Below, in pieces: positions 10,442 to 21,573 of a stretch of 55,669 bases of DNA. Position 1 is the stretch's first letter. The number at the start of each line of letters is the position of its first letter. Under the pieces are notes generated by a model. That model did no database searches and was not told the origin of the DNA. It saw only the letters and a program-made list of their open reading frames with translations. The translations under genes were made by a program, and so were the position numbers. Source of the stretch: Octopus bimaculoides (lineage: Eukaryota); NCBI RefSeq assembly GCF_001194135.2, contig NC_068983.1, positions 99,894,897 through 99,950,565 on the forward strand, read 5' to 3'.

Positions 10442-12219
10442 TTAAGATACTCAAACAAATTTGAGTTAGAAATAGATGTGTATGCAGAATCATATCCATG
10501 TTTAATAGATACACTATTTACTCTTGCTATAAAATTAGGCCCATGGTTGAAACAACAAAGTTTTCGGTATCTTGTAAGAAGATCGAACCGACTATTATCA
10601 GAGTAGTTATAATGCAACAAGACTCGGTTACCTCCCTTCTAACATACCGAAATACATTAGCATTTTCTTTAAATACCGGTATTTAAGCAAAACTGTGTGT
10701 GTACAGCTCATTTAAAAGGTTGACGGCCGGGTATTAATAACTAGAATACTAACACAACTTCAGTTATGAATAGTTATATATGTGAAATCATGCAGTGATG
10801 AAGAGAAAAGTAATATGTACTCTCAATAGAAGGCACTCGTGGAAGTGAAATACGTGTGCAGTTATCAACTCTCAGAATGTTGAGCCCCAGAGAAGAGTTG
10901 ACGAAAGATAATGATGACTAGTGATGTAAACGTAAGATCCGCTCGATCACAAACAGAATGGAAAAAAAAAAGAATAAAACTCCTCCACCATAAACAAAAA
11001 AAGAAACTTAATTAAAATGCTAATACTGATTTGTCATCACATGTTAATCTTTTGAGAAAAGGTACACTAATGCAGTCGTTAAACAGTTTTGACGCGTGTT
11101 AAATGATGTAGATATTAAGTGCCTTATCAAGATACTAAAAATATATTCAGAAATAGAATTCGTTGTTACGATTCTTCCCTGGGTCCGAATCCTGCAACTG
11201 AAAAAACAAAAAGAAAAGACAAAAAAAAAACCCTCTTAAAGGGACATAATTATTATTTTCGCGAATAATGTAATTAAGACGAAGTTCTCTCCCATGGACC
11301 GCATACGATTTAAAACAACCATACGAACTTGTCATATACATAAATATGAATACGCGTTCCAGTGCGGTTAATTGTCGTAATAGAAATAGCAATCAAATAT
11401 CCCTCAAATCATGTACATATCTGTTCATATTTTTTGAAGTTCATATGATTCTACATTTCTATACCACTTCGCAACATCTTCGACGAATATCTCCTTGAGT
11501 GTGGTATATGGTAGACGTAACTATACGGACGCTAGTCATCTATACATACATGAAATGTTAAATTGGCTTCCAGTTGCACGTACAACACTCATAGCTAAAA
11601 ACCAGGAAATACAAGTGGCGGAAAACTTCAGGCTCACAGCATGCTTAAATGTTCTGAGTTGGCTGTTCATAGATTGCCTGAATGTATACCTCCAGTATCA
11701 CTGCGAAACAATGTAGTGACAGATGAACAAGTAGGAGGACATAAATAGAAGTCCGGTGTCAGTACCAAATAACTCTTTATTAATAAAACTGCCCTTAAGG
11801 AAGCAAAACAACATCATCGAAGTATACTGCCTGTATGACTAAAATTTAAGAAGGCATTTGACTCTCCCCTTCACTAATTACGCCTTGACAAAGTTCTAGC
11901 TGCTATAGTCGATATGCCATTAAGGGACTGAACGACATGTCCACAGAGCTATAGAACCGAAACTACTTCTACTGTCACTAACAAAATTATAAAGAGGAAT
12001 GTCTCTGGATGACAGCTTGTTTGTACTGTTTTACGCCCGAATAGTGAACCCTTTTTCAGTCTTGATAAGAAAATGCAGACACCTCATGATAGGGTCTGAG
12101 TGATGACGTCATGGAAAAAAAAACACAAAAAACTAACCAATGGCGCTCAAAAGCTAAATATCAAATTCATTGGCCGATGTTGGCAAAAGTTACTGACTGA
12201 TCAAAAGTCAAGCCTTTCA

Positions 12220-14160
12220 CCATTTCGCCGGCTTGTTTGGACAGGACGACTCACTTGAGCATGGGGAGCCCTTAAAGGACTTCCTTGCCAGTGGGCCGCA
12301 ACTCTTGGCACATGAGGCGGAATGCTGTGAAGGACCAATTACACCAGCGGAGGTAAAAGAGGTGTTGGCCGAGTGTGCCGGGGATAAGTTGTCAGGGCTG
12401 GATGGTCTGTCCTATGAATTTTATTGTAGTATGCTGGACTTGTTCGGGCACTTGCTGGCCTGTGTCTACACGGGGAGTGGTGACGCTGATCCAGAAGGAC
12501 CCGAGCAAGGGGGATAATATAATCAAGCGCTCAGTTTGTCAAGGGTGTCCCCTGTCCCCGCTTCTGTACGTTTTTTTACTGAAGAAGTTGGAGAATTTGG
12601 GATGCACCCCCAATGAAATCGGATGCGGTGAGTCAGTCTCTGCTTATGCAGATAACATCACCATCAATGTGTCCAGTGAGGTTCAGCTACCTTGTGTAGA
12701 GGACGCTATCAAAGGATACAAGGTGGTGGTAGGAGCAAAAGTTAACAAGGACAAGTTCATCGGTTTGCGCCTCAGCACCTGGAGGAGCAAGCCAGTAGCG
12801 TCCAGTGTCGTGGGTCACTGGACAGATGGTTCTGTTAAGTTGCTTGGAGTTTGGTTTGGACTGGACTCCCAAATGGAGAAGAATTGGAGTGAGGTGGCAA
12901 ACAGGGTGGAAGCTCTAGTTCGGACTTGGTCCGAGAGGGCTCTATCTCTGAAAGGAAAGGTGGCGGTGATACAGGTGTTTATCACATCTGTAATCACCTA
13001 CCACCTAACCATTGTTCCTTGCCCCAACTCGTGGATAAACAAGTTGGCGTGTCTCCTTTTCTGCTTTTTGTGGAAAGGAGGAAAGTCACTTGTAAGGCGC
13101 TCCGTCTGCTGTCAGGAACTGCTAAATGGCGGGTTAGGGATGCCCTGGCTTATGATGTGCAGACATGCGTTGAGGATGAGACATCTCTGGAAGGTAATAA
13201 GGTGTGGAATTCGCTGGTGGAGGAATTCTTTCCACGACTAGCCTCCTTAGAGAGGTTTAAACCTGGTTTTATTAAAAGACGGAATCTGACAGAATGGTAA
13301 AAGGAGTGCCGACAGGCACTCATGCTGATTCACAAGACAGGAAAGGCTGGCAGTGGGAATACCACCTTGGTTTTGTATAGAGGGCTGGTAGAGGCTAAAA
13401 ATGATGACATCCTAGGAGGGGCTCTGGGGTTCGAACCAACTTATCAACCTGTTCTAAAAGACTTTCAGGCCAGGGTATTTGGATAATTACCAAAATTCCC
13501 TGACCTGGCAGTGTTACAGGAATGCCTTACCTGTTTGCAATAAGTTATCCAGGTACGGAATGGCCAACGACATGTCCAAGATGTGAGCTGGACAATGAAA
13601 CCGTCTAGCACACTTTTGTACACTGTCGGGAGCTTTCAGGCTTGATAATTTACGTTGAACATGTGTTGTCACACCTAGGTAGAGTACAGCTATCAGCTGG
13701 ATCTATAATAAAGATTGTGCCATCCACCGGACTCTCGAAGGGAGGTGAAGCATGTTTTCTCCTTACAGTGGCAGTGTTGAAAGAGTGTGTTTGGAAGACA
13801 AGATGGGAACCTTCATCTCTGGCCCTGGATTGCTCACTTATTTCAGATATCTGAAGAGCAAGATAGGGCTGGAGAGGAGACGACTGTTGTGAGGTGTGTT
13901 CGAGAAAAGATGGAAGGATGTGGTAAGAAAGATGGATGCAAGAGACGCTGCTTAATCTCCATGGAGAAAGATAAAGGTATAGTCACTGGGCTTTCCACCC
14001 ATCAGGGTGAATCCCCGCCCCAGCCATAAAAAGTTCAGAATATATTATATTATGTAATTATCAAAATTTTAAAGTTTCATCCAAACTCACTGTAACATTT
14101 ATCTGTTTGTTCTGTCTTGTTTGTCCCTTCTGTGTCAGATATTATAATCTTAATAAAGAA
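12220..14160 (+). mobile_element. 5'-truncated Tx1-clade LINE (copy 2) with internally deleted RT and an apparently complete 3' end
   Basis: HFAGLFG linker, KLSGLDGLSYEFY, RSVCQGCPLS, SAYADNIT, KLLGVWFG, GGLGMP and a C-terminal CPRC-x7-H-x4-C finger (~13570-13626). AATAAA at ~14151. Confidence 0.85.
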
Positions 14161-14471
14161 ATACATTGCCAACCGGTGGTTTTCACTCTTCTATGTTCAG
14201 CTGCTGTTGCTTAGTGAGTTTATTTGGTTAATGTTTTTTTGTTGTTGTTGGTTTTTCTGTTGAAATTGTTACGTTTGAACTCTTGTTTGAATTGAACTGT
14301 TGTCGTTTTGAAAAAAGTTTTCGTCCTACGGGGCAGAAAATTGTTTTTTTTTTTTTTTGTACAAATTATTGAACTGTTTTGTGCCTGTTGCAGGGTGAAA
14401 AATAAATTTTTGTCATTTTTTGACAAAAATATTTATGCTTCCTTTTGAACTTCCGAGGACCATTTGTAAAA

Positions 14472-16012
14472 ATGGAATTAAATCTGTTGTCGAATGTTGA
14501 CTTTCTGTTCTCAATGGAGGATTTCCTGGTAATGAAAGAAAGTAACCAAGTTGGTAATCAGGAAGGAAAGGAAAATCCAAATTTCTCTGCTGCTGNNNNN
14601 NNNNNNNNNNNNNNNNNNNNNNNNNNNNNNNNNNNNNNNNNNNNNNNNNNNNNNNNNNNNNNNNNNNNNNNNNNNNNNNNNNNNNNNNNNNNNNNNNNNN
14701 NNNNNNNNNNNNNNNNNNNNNNNNNNNNNNNNNNNNNNNNNNNNNNNNNNNNNNNNNNNNNNNNNNNNNNNNNNNNNNNNNNNNNNNNNNNNNNNNNNNN
14801 NNNNNNNNNNNNNNNNNNNNNNNNNNNNNNNNNNNNNNNNNNNNNNNNNNNNNNNNNNNNNNNNNNNNNNNNNNNNNNNNNNNNNNNNNNNNNNNNNNNN
14901 NNNNNNNNNNNNNNNNNNNNNNNNNNNNNNNNNNNNNNNNNNNNNNNNNNNNNNNNNNNNNNNNNNNNNNNNNNNNNNNNNNNNNNNNNNNNNNNNNNNN
15001 NNNNNNNNNNNNNNNNNNNNNNNNNNNNNNNNNNNNNNNNNNNNNNNNNNNNNNNNNNNNNNNNNNNNNNNNNNNNNNNNNNNNNNNNNNNNNNNNNNNN
15101 NNNNNNNNNNNNNNNNNNNNNNNNNNNNNNNNNNNNNNNNNNNNNATAATTTATGACTCAGAGGAGGAGATAACAATGCTCCAGATGAAAAAGAGAGAGG
15201 CTCTAAACTGGAAAGGCCAAACACTTGAGATGGTGGTTCAAGCCTTAAATGACGTGCTCGAATCAAGGCCAGTCTGCATTTTTATAGGGGAGGGACTGAG
15301 CGCTAGAGTGTCAGTTGAGGGACGTAGACCCAGATGCTTTAAATGTGGAAAAAAAGGGCACGTCCGCTCGGAGTGCGAAAAAATAAAAAAATAAAAAAAC
15401 AACAGAAAAAGGCTGAAGTCCCTCCCCAAAAAGAAAGTAACAAGAAAGTGATGGAAAGCGTCACAAGAAAAGCGGAAGAAAGGAATAAACAAAATGTAGA
15501 AAACACACACCAGAAGGAAGCCGAAGAGGAAATGGAATTTACCACAGTGGTTTCACATAAAAGAAAAAAAGCCCATGCCCAAGACTCCTCTCTCCTTGCA
15601 AAGAAAACATCTACACAAAACGCAAACACACAGAAAAAACTCCCCAATCCACCCCAAGTTGAAACCCGCCACCAACCCACCCCTAAAAATACACTAGGAG
15701 AAAGGATTGTGAAATACAATGACAAAAATAGTGTTCTAGAGAGAATAATAACTTCGCATAAAAAAAACAAAAACGTATATTTTTCAACCAATACAAAGTA
15801 TGCCACCGAATATACAGTTGGCAAGGATAGAAGCAGAACTATTCGAACAATCTAAAGCAAGATACCCGCAGGACATACAAGATGTTAGCCAAGAGATGGC
15901 CAACAAAAGATTTGTGCTTAGAACAGTGGCTACACCAGAGACTACACCTCAGAAAGAAAAGGAAGGGGAGGTTGGCGAATTTGTGCAGTCCCTCCCCATA
16001 TTTAAAATGTAA
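14472..16012 (+). pseudogene. Tx1 ORF1 (gag-like nucleic-acid-binding protein), disrupted
   Basis: CFKCGKKGHVRSEC (15335-15376) is a CX2CX4HX4C zinc knuckle, followed by a K/E-rich tail. Frameshifts and an N-gap; the start position is approximate. Confidence 0.75.
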
Positions 16013-16028
16013 GTTTCTTATTTTTACC

Positions 16029-16635
16029 ATGGAAGTTAAGTTAGGTTGTGTAAATGCTTGTGGCCTGGTGTTGAAATGGAAGCAAACTTGACTCCTGGAC
16101 GACCTCAGGTCACTAGAAATTGATATATGTGTGGTGACTGAGTCCAAGCTGAACGGGCCACAGGTGTTTTCACCTCTGCTAAATGGCTATGAGAAATTTA
16201 TTTCTTCTAGTCGACGGGGAGGCGGGGGCGTGGTTGTCTTGTTCAGAAAAAAACTTGGACGTACAGGTAAATACAGTCTTTCTGGACCCAGAAAATAGGC
16301 TGGTCGTCCTAGATGTGACACACGCAAGTAAGCAGTCCTTCAGTTTGGTAGCTGTTTATGCTCCTAGGGAGTGTAAACAAGCTGTATTTTTTCGAGACCT
16401 GGAGAGCTTTCTGGTGACGTCAAAAACTCTAGTTTTAGCAGGAGACTTTAACACTATTCTCGACGCACAGGTGAATAGTGTTGGCTCGACTGATAGAAGG
16501 GGAAGTCCTAGCCTAAAAAGGCTACTAGGGAGCTATAAACTAGTAGACCGATATAGACTGGATGAACCGCTCGTTCCACAGTGGACGTGGTCTAATAACA
16601 ACAGTTCATACAGATCTTATTTAGATAGGATATTC

Positions 16636-16679
<44 letters not shown>

Positions 16680-18627
16680 TACGTTTAATTGTCCATGCTT
16701 TTGTTGTGTACCTTACACGGATCACAAATTTGTGACGTGTGAGGTGCACCTAGTTAAGTGTCATAGACAGGGACCAGGGTACTGGAAGATGAACAAGTCT
16801 ATTTTGACTTGTAAAGTCTTCCGTGCTCAGGTTAAGGAGTTAGTGCAGAAGGCATTATGCGGCGCCATCATTAATAATAGATGGTGGTGCGCCCTCAAGC
16901 AAGCCATTCGTTCTGAGTCTCTTAGATTTTGTAAACAGCTAAGTTTAGAGAAGACTAGAATCGAAGGAAATCTAATTAAGGAATTAGAGGAGGCTATGGA
17001 AGCTGGCTTTTCATCCAGAGTGATGGCAGCAAGAGCAGTGTTATTCCATCATCTCAAAGCCAAACACGAAGGGTGTAGAGTCAGGGCTAAGTTACGTGCA
17101 GTGGGTAGAGAAGGTATTAATGTTGCCAGATGGGCACATCATGTGGAAAGTCGGAGAGGCAGTGAAGCCTCTATAAAGTCTTTGATTGACAAGCAGGGGC
17201 ATACGATTAAAGGACAGGAGGAGATGCAANNNNNNNNNNNNNNNNNNNNNNNNNNNNNNNNNNNNNNNNNNNNNNNNNNNNNNNNNNNNNNNNNNNNNNN
17301 NNNNNNNNNNNNNNNNNNNNNNNNNNNNNNNNNNNNNNNNNNNNNNNNNNNNNNNNNNNNNNNNNNNNNNNNNNNNNNNNNNNNNNNNNNNNNNNNNAGA
17401 GGTTGAGGGGGTGCTGGCTGAATGCACCGGGGACAAGTCGCCAGCGCTGGATGATCTGCCCTATAAATTTTATCGTAGTATGCTGGACTTGTTCGGACAC
17501 TTACTGGCCTACGTCTAACCGAACGGGCAGCAGAATGGGAGGATTCCCAGCTCTGTAAGTCGGCGAGTGGTGACACTGATCAGAAAAGACCCGAGCAAGG
17601 GAGATCATATTAGTAACTTTAGGCCCATAACTCTACTCAATGTAGAGTTAAAGATTTTGGCCAAGGTGTTTGCAAAAAGTTTGACGCAGGTCAATCCAGG
17701 ACAATCTTCATCTCTTATGCTACACTTTAGACAGGGTAGGTAAAGTATCCGGTAAAGGTGGGGCATTGGTCTATTAAGATCAAAGTAAAGCTTTCGATAG
17801 GGTAGACTACCAGTACCTGGCAGCAGTCCTTGGGGCGGCTGGGCTAGGCTTGGTCTTTCACAGTTGGATCAAGGCCATTTATGGTGGCATCAAATCCACA
17901 GTCCAAATAAACAGTTACCTGTCAGAGCCGTTTGAGATCAAGCGTTCGGTTCGTCAAGGGTGCCCCCTGTCTCTGCTTCTGTATGTACTGACTCTTGAGT
18001 CATTGCTGCAGCGGTTGGAGAGTTTAGGGGGCATCTCCAATGACATCGGATGTGGTAAGTCTGTATCTGCATATGTGGATGATGTCACCATCACTGTGTC
18101 GAATGTAGCTCAGCTACCTTGTGTAGAGGATGCAATCACAGGATACAAGGCGGTGGCAGGGGCAAAAGTTAACAAGGACAAGTCCATTGGTTTGCGGCTC
18201 GGCACTTGGAGCGGCAAGCCGATAATGTCCAATGTCCAAGCCGATAATGTCTAATGGGGCACTAGACGGATGGTCCTGTTCAGTTGCTTGGAGTTTGGTT
18301 TGGAACAGAGAATTGGAGCGAGGTCGCAGGCAGGATGGAGGCCCTAGTCTGGAAGGGCGCTGTCCCTGAAAGGGAGGGTGGAGGTGGTACAGGTGTTTAT
18401 TGCGTCTGTTATCACCTACCGTCTGACCGTTGTCCCTTGCTCTGATTCGTGACTATGCAAGTTGGTGCGACTTCTCTTCGATTTGATAAAAAGACAGAAT
18501 ACGACTGAATGGCAAAAGGAGTGGTGACAGGCACTCACGCTAATCCACAGGGCAGACAAGGCTGACAGCGGAAATAGCACCTCTGTATTTTATAAAGGGA
18601 TAGTAGAGTATAAGAGCGATGACGTCA
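16029..18627 (+). pseudogene. Tx1 ORF2 (APE endonuclease plus reverse transcriptase), disrupted
   Basis: ATG at 16029 (MEVKLGCVNACGL); VAVYAP, LAGDFNTILD, SYLDRIFV, TDHKFV (APE); NFRPITLLNVELKILAKV, SVRQGCPLS, SAYVDDVT (RT). Confidence 0.9.
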
Positions 18628-18630
18628 TAT

Positions 18631-18720
18631 GCCGTGACGCAGTGGTTAAGAGCGTGGGCTACTAACCCCAAGATTCCAATTTCGGTTTCCAGGCAGTGAC
18701 CTGAATAATAATAATAACAA

Positions 18721-18751
<31 letters not shown>

Positions 18752-18912
18752 AACAACAACAACATCATCATCATCGAAAAATACCTTAGGAATGAGAACC
18801 CAGGTTCGAAATTTCCCCAAGACACCTGATGAAGGCTGGAGCCTATATCAGCCGAAACGTGTTAACAACAAACAAGATGAGGGACAAATATCCGTCAAAT
18901 GTAAATAATGTA
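18631..18912 (+). mobile_element. tRNA-headed SINE-like element with an internal (AAT/AAC)n and a hammerhead-like 3' module
   Basis: Head GCCGTGACGCAGTGGTTAAGAGCGTGGGCTACTAACCCC...(A-box-like, degenerate B box); microsatellite at 18704-18774; CTGATGA...GAAAC module at 18826-18858. Confidence 0.7.
18821..18863 (+). ncRNA. Minimal type-I hammerhead-ribozyme-like motif (Penelope-type), probably degenerate in this copy
   Basis: GACAC|CTGATGA|A|GGCTG-gagcctatat-CAGCC|GAAAC|GTGTT. Both core boxes, a 5-bp stem II and a possible stem I (GACAC/GTGTT) are present, but there is no room for a stem III plus NUH triplet. Confidence 0.55.
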
Positions 18913-20363
18913 TCTGTTCATTTGTTCAGCCAAGTTTGACATAATATGTATGTGTGTGTGTGTGCGTGTTTGTGTGTGTGTGTGAGTGTGTGCATGGGTG
19001 TATAAGATGTCAAACCAAGATTAAAAATGACTTTGAAAAACTGGTCTTTGTGTATACTCACAGAAGTATATGTCATATATGGAGTTGTTCATCTAGTATG
19101 TAAAAGATGAACGTTCTTGCATGGATTGCTGTGTTCATCAGGGTTGGTGCTTATCTCTGAATTCTGATGAGTTAATATGATCAGAGATATATCTTCATCT
19201 GGACAGGACACTACTTCATCATCATCATAATTCACTTTCCTTGCTTGTGTAGGCCAGAGGGAAATCGATGACAGATTTTCTACTGCTAAATGCCCTTCCT
19301 GTCACAAATCCTAACCTGTTTCTAAGTAAGGTAACATTTCCCTTTAGCTGGACATGTTTATTACAGAAGACTGGAAATGAATAACACTGACATTCAGCTA
19401 CAATTGTCATGCAATATCTAGGCAAGGAAACACACACACAAGGAGAGAAAGATAGAAAGGGAGGAGGGGGAAGAACCAGAACTGAATACATAAAACAGAG
19501 TGTTGTATCTTATTTATAGTCAATAAACTATATCAATGATTCAAGCGCCGAGGATCTTGTGCCAAAGTACAATTTGATGAGTGTTTTTGGTCTGAAACTC
19601 AAGGCCTTTACGTCACTGATGTAGCTTCTCAACTATAAATTACATGCGTGTGTGTTTGTGTGTGTGTGCGTGTGTGTATACATACACATCGACTCTAACA
19701 AAATCATTTAACTTGTCCAAAGTATTTAACTTAATCACGCATATACATGACATGCTTAAAAATCATCCACAAAATTCAAAAGTACACTTCACATATACAG
19801 AGAGTTGCATCAGAACTACTCTATCTGCACTGTAGAACTGTGAACTGTTTCCAAATTGAAATTGATTGTTGTTCACAAACACACACTCTCTTTCTCTCTC
19901 TCTCTCTCTCTCTAACACACACACTCTACTGTTTATTCAGGAAAAAAAATCACTATTACTTATTTCTGCTAAGTTTACTATAAAAGTTTCATTTTTTGTT
20001 TGTTTTTTTTTCTCCTGCACTTAATTCAGTTCGCCCTAAAAAAATTTCCTTTCGTCAACTTTAATATTTAAGTCACTCTGATCCTTTCCTTTGGGAACCA
20101 CATACCTATAAAATTCAACCTGCCCTTGTTTTGTTATTCACAAATTTGTGTTCAGAGTGGATTAAATACCTAAAATCTAATAAAATAATTTCCCTAAAGG
20201 GATGTTTACTTCAAGAGTTTAAACCAACTCTGAATCATATTTTAGAAAATCTAGATTTACAGAACATTTGTTTGTTTTTTTTTTTTTAAACTTATATCAA
20301 CCAATCATTAAGTCGCGGATCATCATTGTATTTGTTTTGGAAAGAATTTAATCTAAGGTCGCA

Positions 20364-20372
20364 TGACGCAAC
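20364..20372 (+). promoter_or_regulatory. C/EBP-ATF composite-like site (TGACGCAAC) upstream of the predicted HERPUD first exon
   Basis: Resembles the TGA(T/C)GCAA(T/C) ATF4-C/EBP element and lies in a CpG-retaining region. Motif match only. Confidence 0.3.
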
Positions 20373-20594
20373 AGATATCTGTCGGGGCTCAACTACAAAT
20401 TAAACAGACGTTCTACATTAATTTCTTTATTCTTCTTCCATAGTTAATAATCGAAGTCGTATATGATATGAGTATAACCTGATCACTGATACCCAGTATT
20501 ATCGTTTTGTTTTCTTTTTTTTTTCCCCCATCGTTTGTAACGCTTTATTGAGTAAACAGTGAAATATTTTGTCCGTGTTGCACGAATTTGATAC

Positions 20595-20691
20595 GTGTAC
20601 TTCCTGTTCCGGCTCCTTCCGCTGGTGATGGAGTCAATGAGGTCATCGAAGTATAGAATTTGACATCACCATCAACATTTTATAAATCAAA
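20595..20691 (+). other. HERPUD: Predicted non-coding first exon of HERPUD (start site uncertain)
   Basis: The first coding exon has a clear acceptor (gctcacag at 21331-21338), implying an upstream exon. Candidate donor AAA|GTGAGG at 20691/20692; CpG-rich, pyrimidine-rich CTTCCTGTTCCGG start region. Confidence 0.45.
20628..20663 (+). CDS. Candidate upstream ORF (MESMRSSKYRI*) in the predicted HERPUD leader
   Basis: gtgATGG (G at -3 and +4), 11 codons plus TGA, with a second in-frame ATG at 20637. Depends on the first-exon model. Confidence 0.35.
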   Translation: MESMRSSKYRI

Positions 20692-21429
20692 GTGAGGCCT
20701 CAAATTGTGTCTGTCATCTCTTGAAATAGTCTTTTGACACGTTTATCTTTTACCAAACACCTTCATATCAAAGAAGAAAAAAATTACAAAGTCAGCAATG
20801 ATGAGAAGTAATCTACCAAAACTGACGTTTCTCTGGGAAACTATGATGCATCTTGTATAATAATACTATAATGCAGCCTAGCAGACTTTCAACTTTCGTG
20901 CCAGAACTGCAACTTGTAAAAGAATTTGACTCTTTCTCTTTTTATTTCGATTCTTATATGACATTTTACATTAATTCCTTAAACAAAGAAAATACTATAC
21001 ATCTGTTTTGATGTTACGTCTTGTAGAACAGTAAACTGCAAAAAATAATCTTTATAAGCTAATACTAACATTTTCTCGCCAGATTGTTAATAATTTTAGA
21101 AACTTAGACACCCCATAAACACAAGTAGTCTAGGATAGTTTCAGTGGTCTACGTGTTTTGTCACCGTCCACTCAGATCCAGCTCCACCCTTCCTTCACTA
21201 AAAGCTCATTCCTAAATATATAGGTTAACACCGTTTACAACTTGTCCTGCTTTACTGCTATAGCTCTTATTACATCAGTCAAGTTTTTTGTTGTTTCTTC
21301 TCGACAACGATATTGTTTGTTTATCTATTTGCTCACAGAACTGTGGAACATATACTGCTATCTCCATTTGAGAAAGAGGGAATTTGTGTTACCAGCACTT
21401 CGAGCCATTTCATTTTGTCTCTTTTCACC

Positions 21430-21573
21430 ATGGAGGACACGACCAATACCCCAATCACTCTAATTGTAAAAGCTCCCAACCAGCGAATCGCGGATGTTAC
21501 AGTTGATTGTATGCTTGAATGGACTGTTAGAAAACTTAAAAGCCATCTTTCTGATGTTTACCCAAATCAACCC
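21430..21573 (+). CDS. HERPUD: HERPUD coding exon 1 (MEDTTNTPITLIVKAPNQRIADVTVDCMLEWTVRKLKSHLSDVYPNQP)
   Basis: caccATGG start; UBL N-terminal half; donor CCC|GTAAGT, phase 0. The exon itself begins at 21339. Confidence 0.95.

Larger units (their letters stand above)
14170..18627 (+). mobile_element. Tx1-clade LINE (copy 3): 5' UTR, ORF1 and ORF2 present, 3' part missing
   Basis: T-rich 5' UTR; ORF1 with a CCHC knuckle; ORF2 with APE endonuclease and RT motifs. Frameshifted and gapped. Confidence 0.9.

Noticed and set aside
10865-10906. Hairpin TCAACTCT...AGAGTTGA followed by CGAAA
   Set aside because: There is no upstream CUGANGA core, and 8-bp arms arise by chance.
11400-11840. Short minus-strand frames (e.g. 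TLKEIFVEDVAKWYRNV) as exons of a hidden gene
   Set aside because: Stops intervene, and I found no consistent acceptor/donor pair or recognisable homology.
18620-18627. Perfect CRE (TGACGTCA) about 2 kb upstream of HERPUD
   Set aside because: It lies within Tx1 coding remnant at an insertion junction, with no other support for a regulatory role.
21242-21463. ORFs overlapping the HERPUD first coding exon in other frames or with upstream TTG/ATG extensions (also 22996-23217 and 23036)
   Set aside because: They start in intronic sequence upstream of the splice acceptors and depend on non-ATG or intronic starts.
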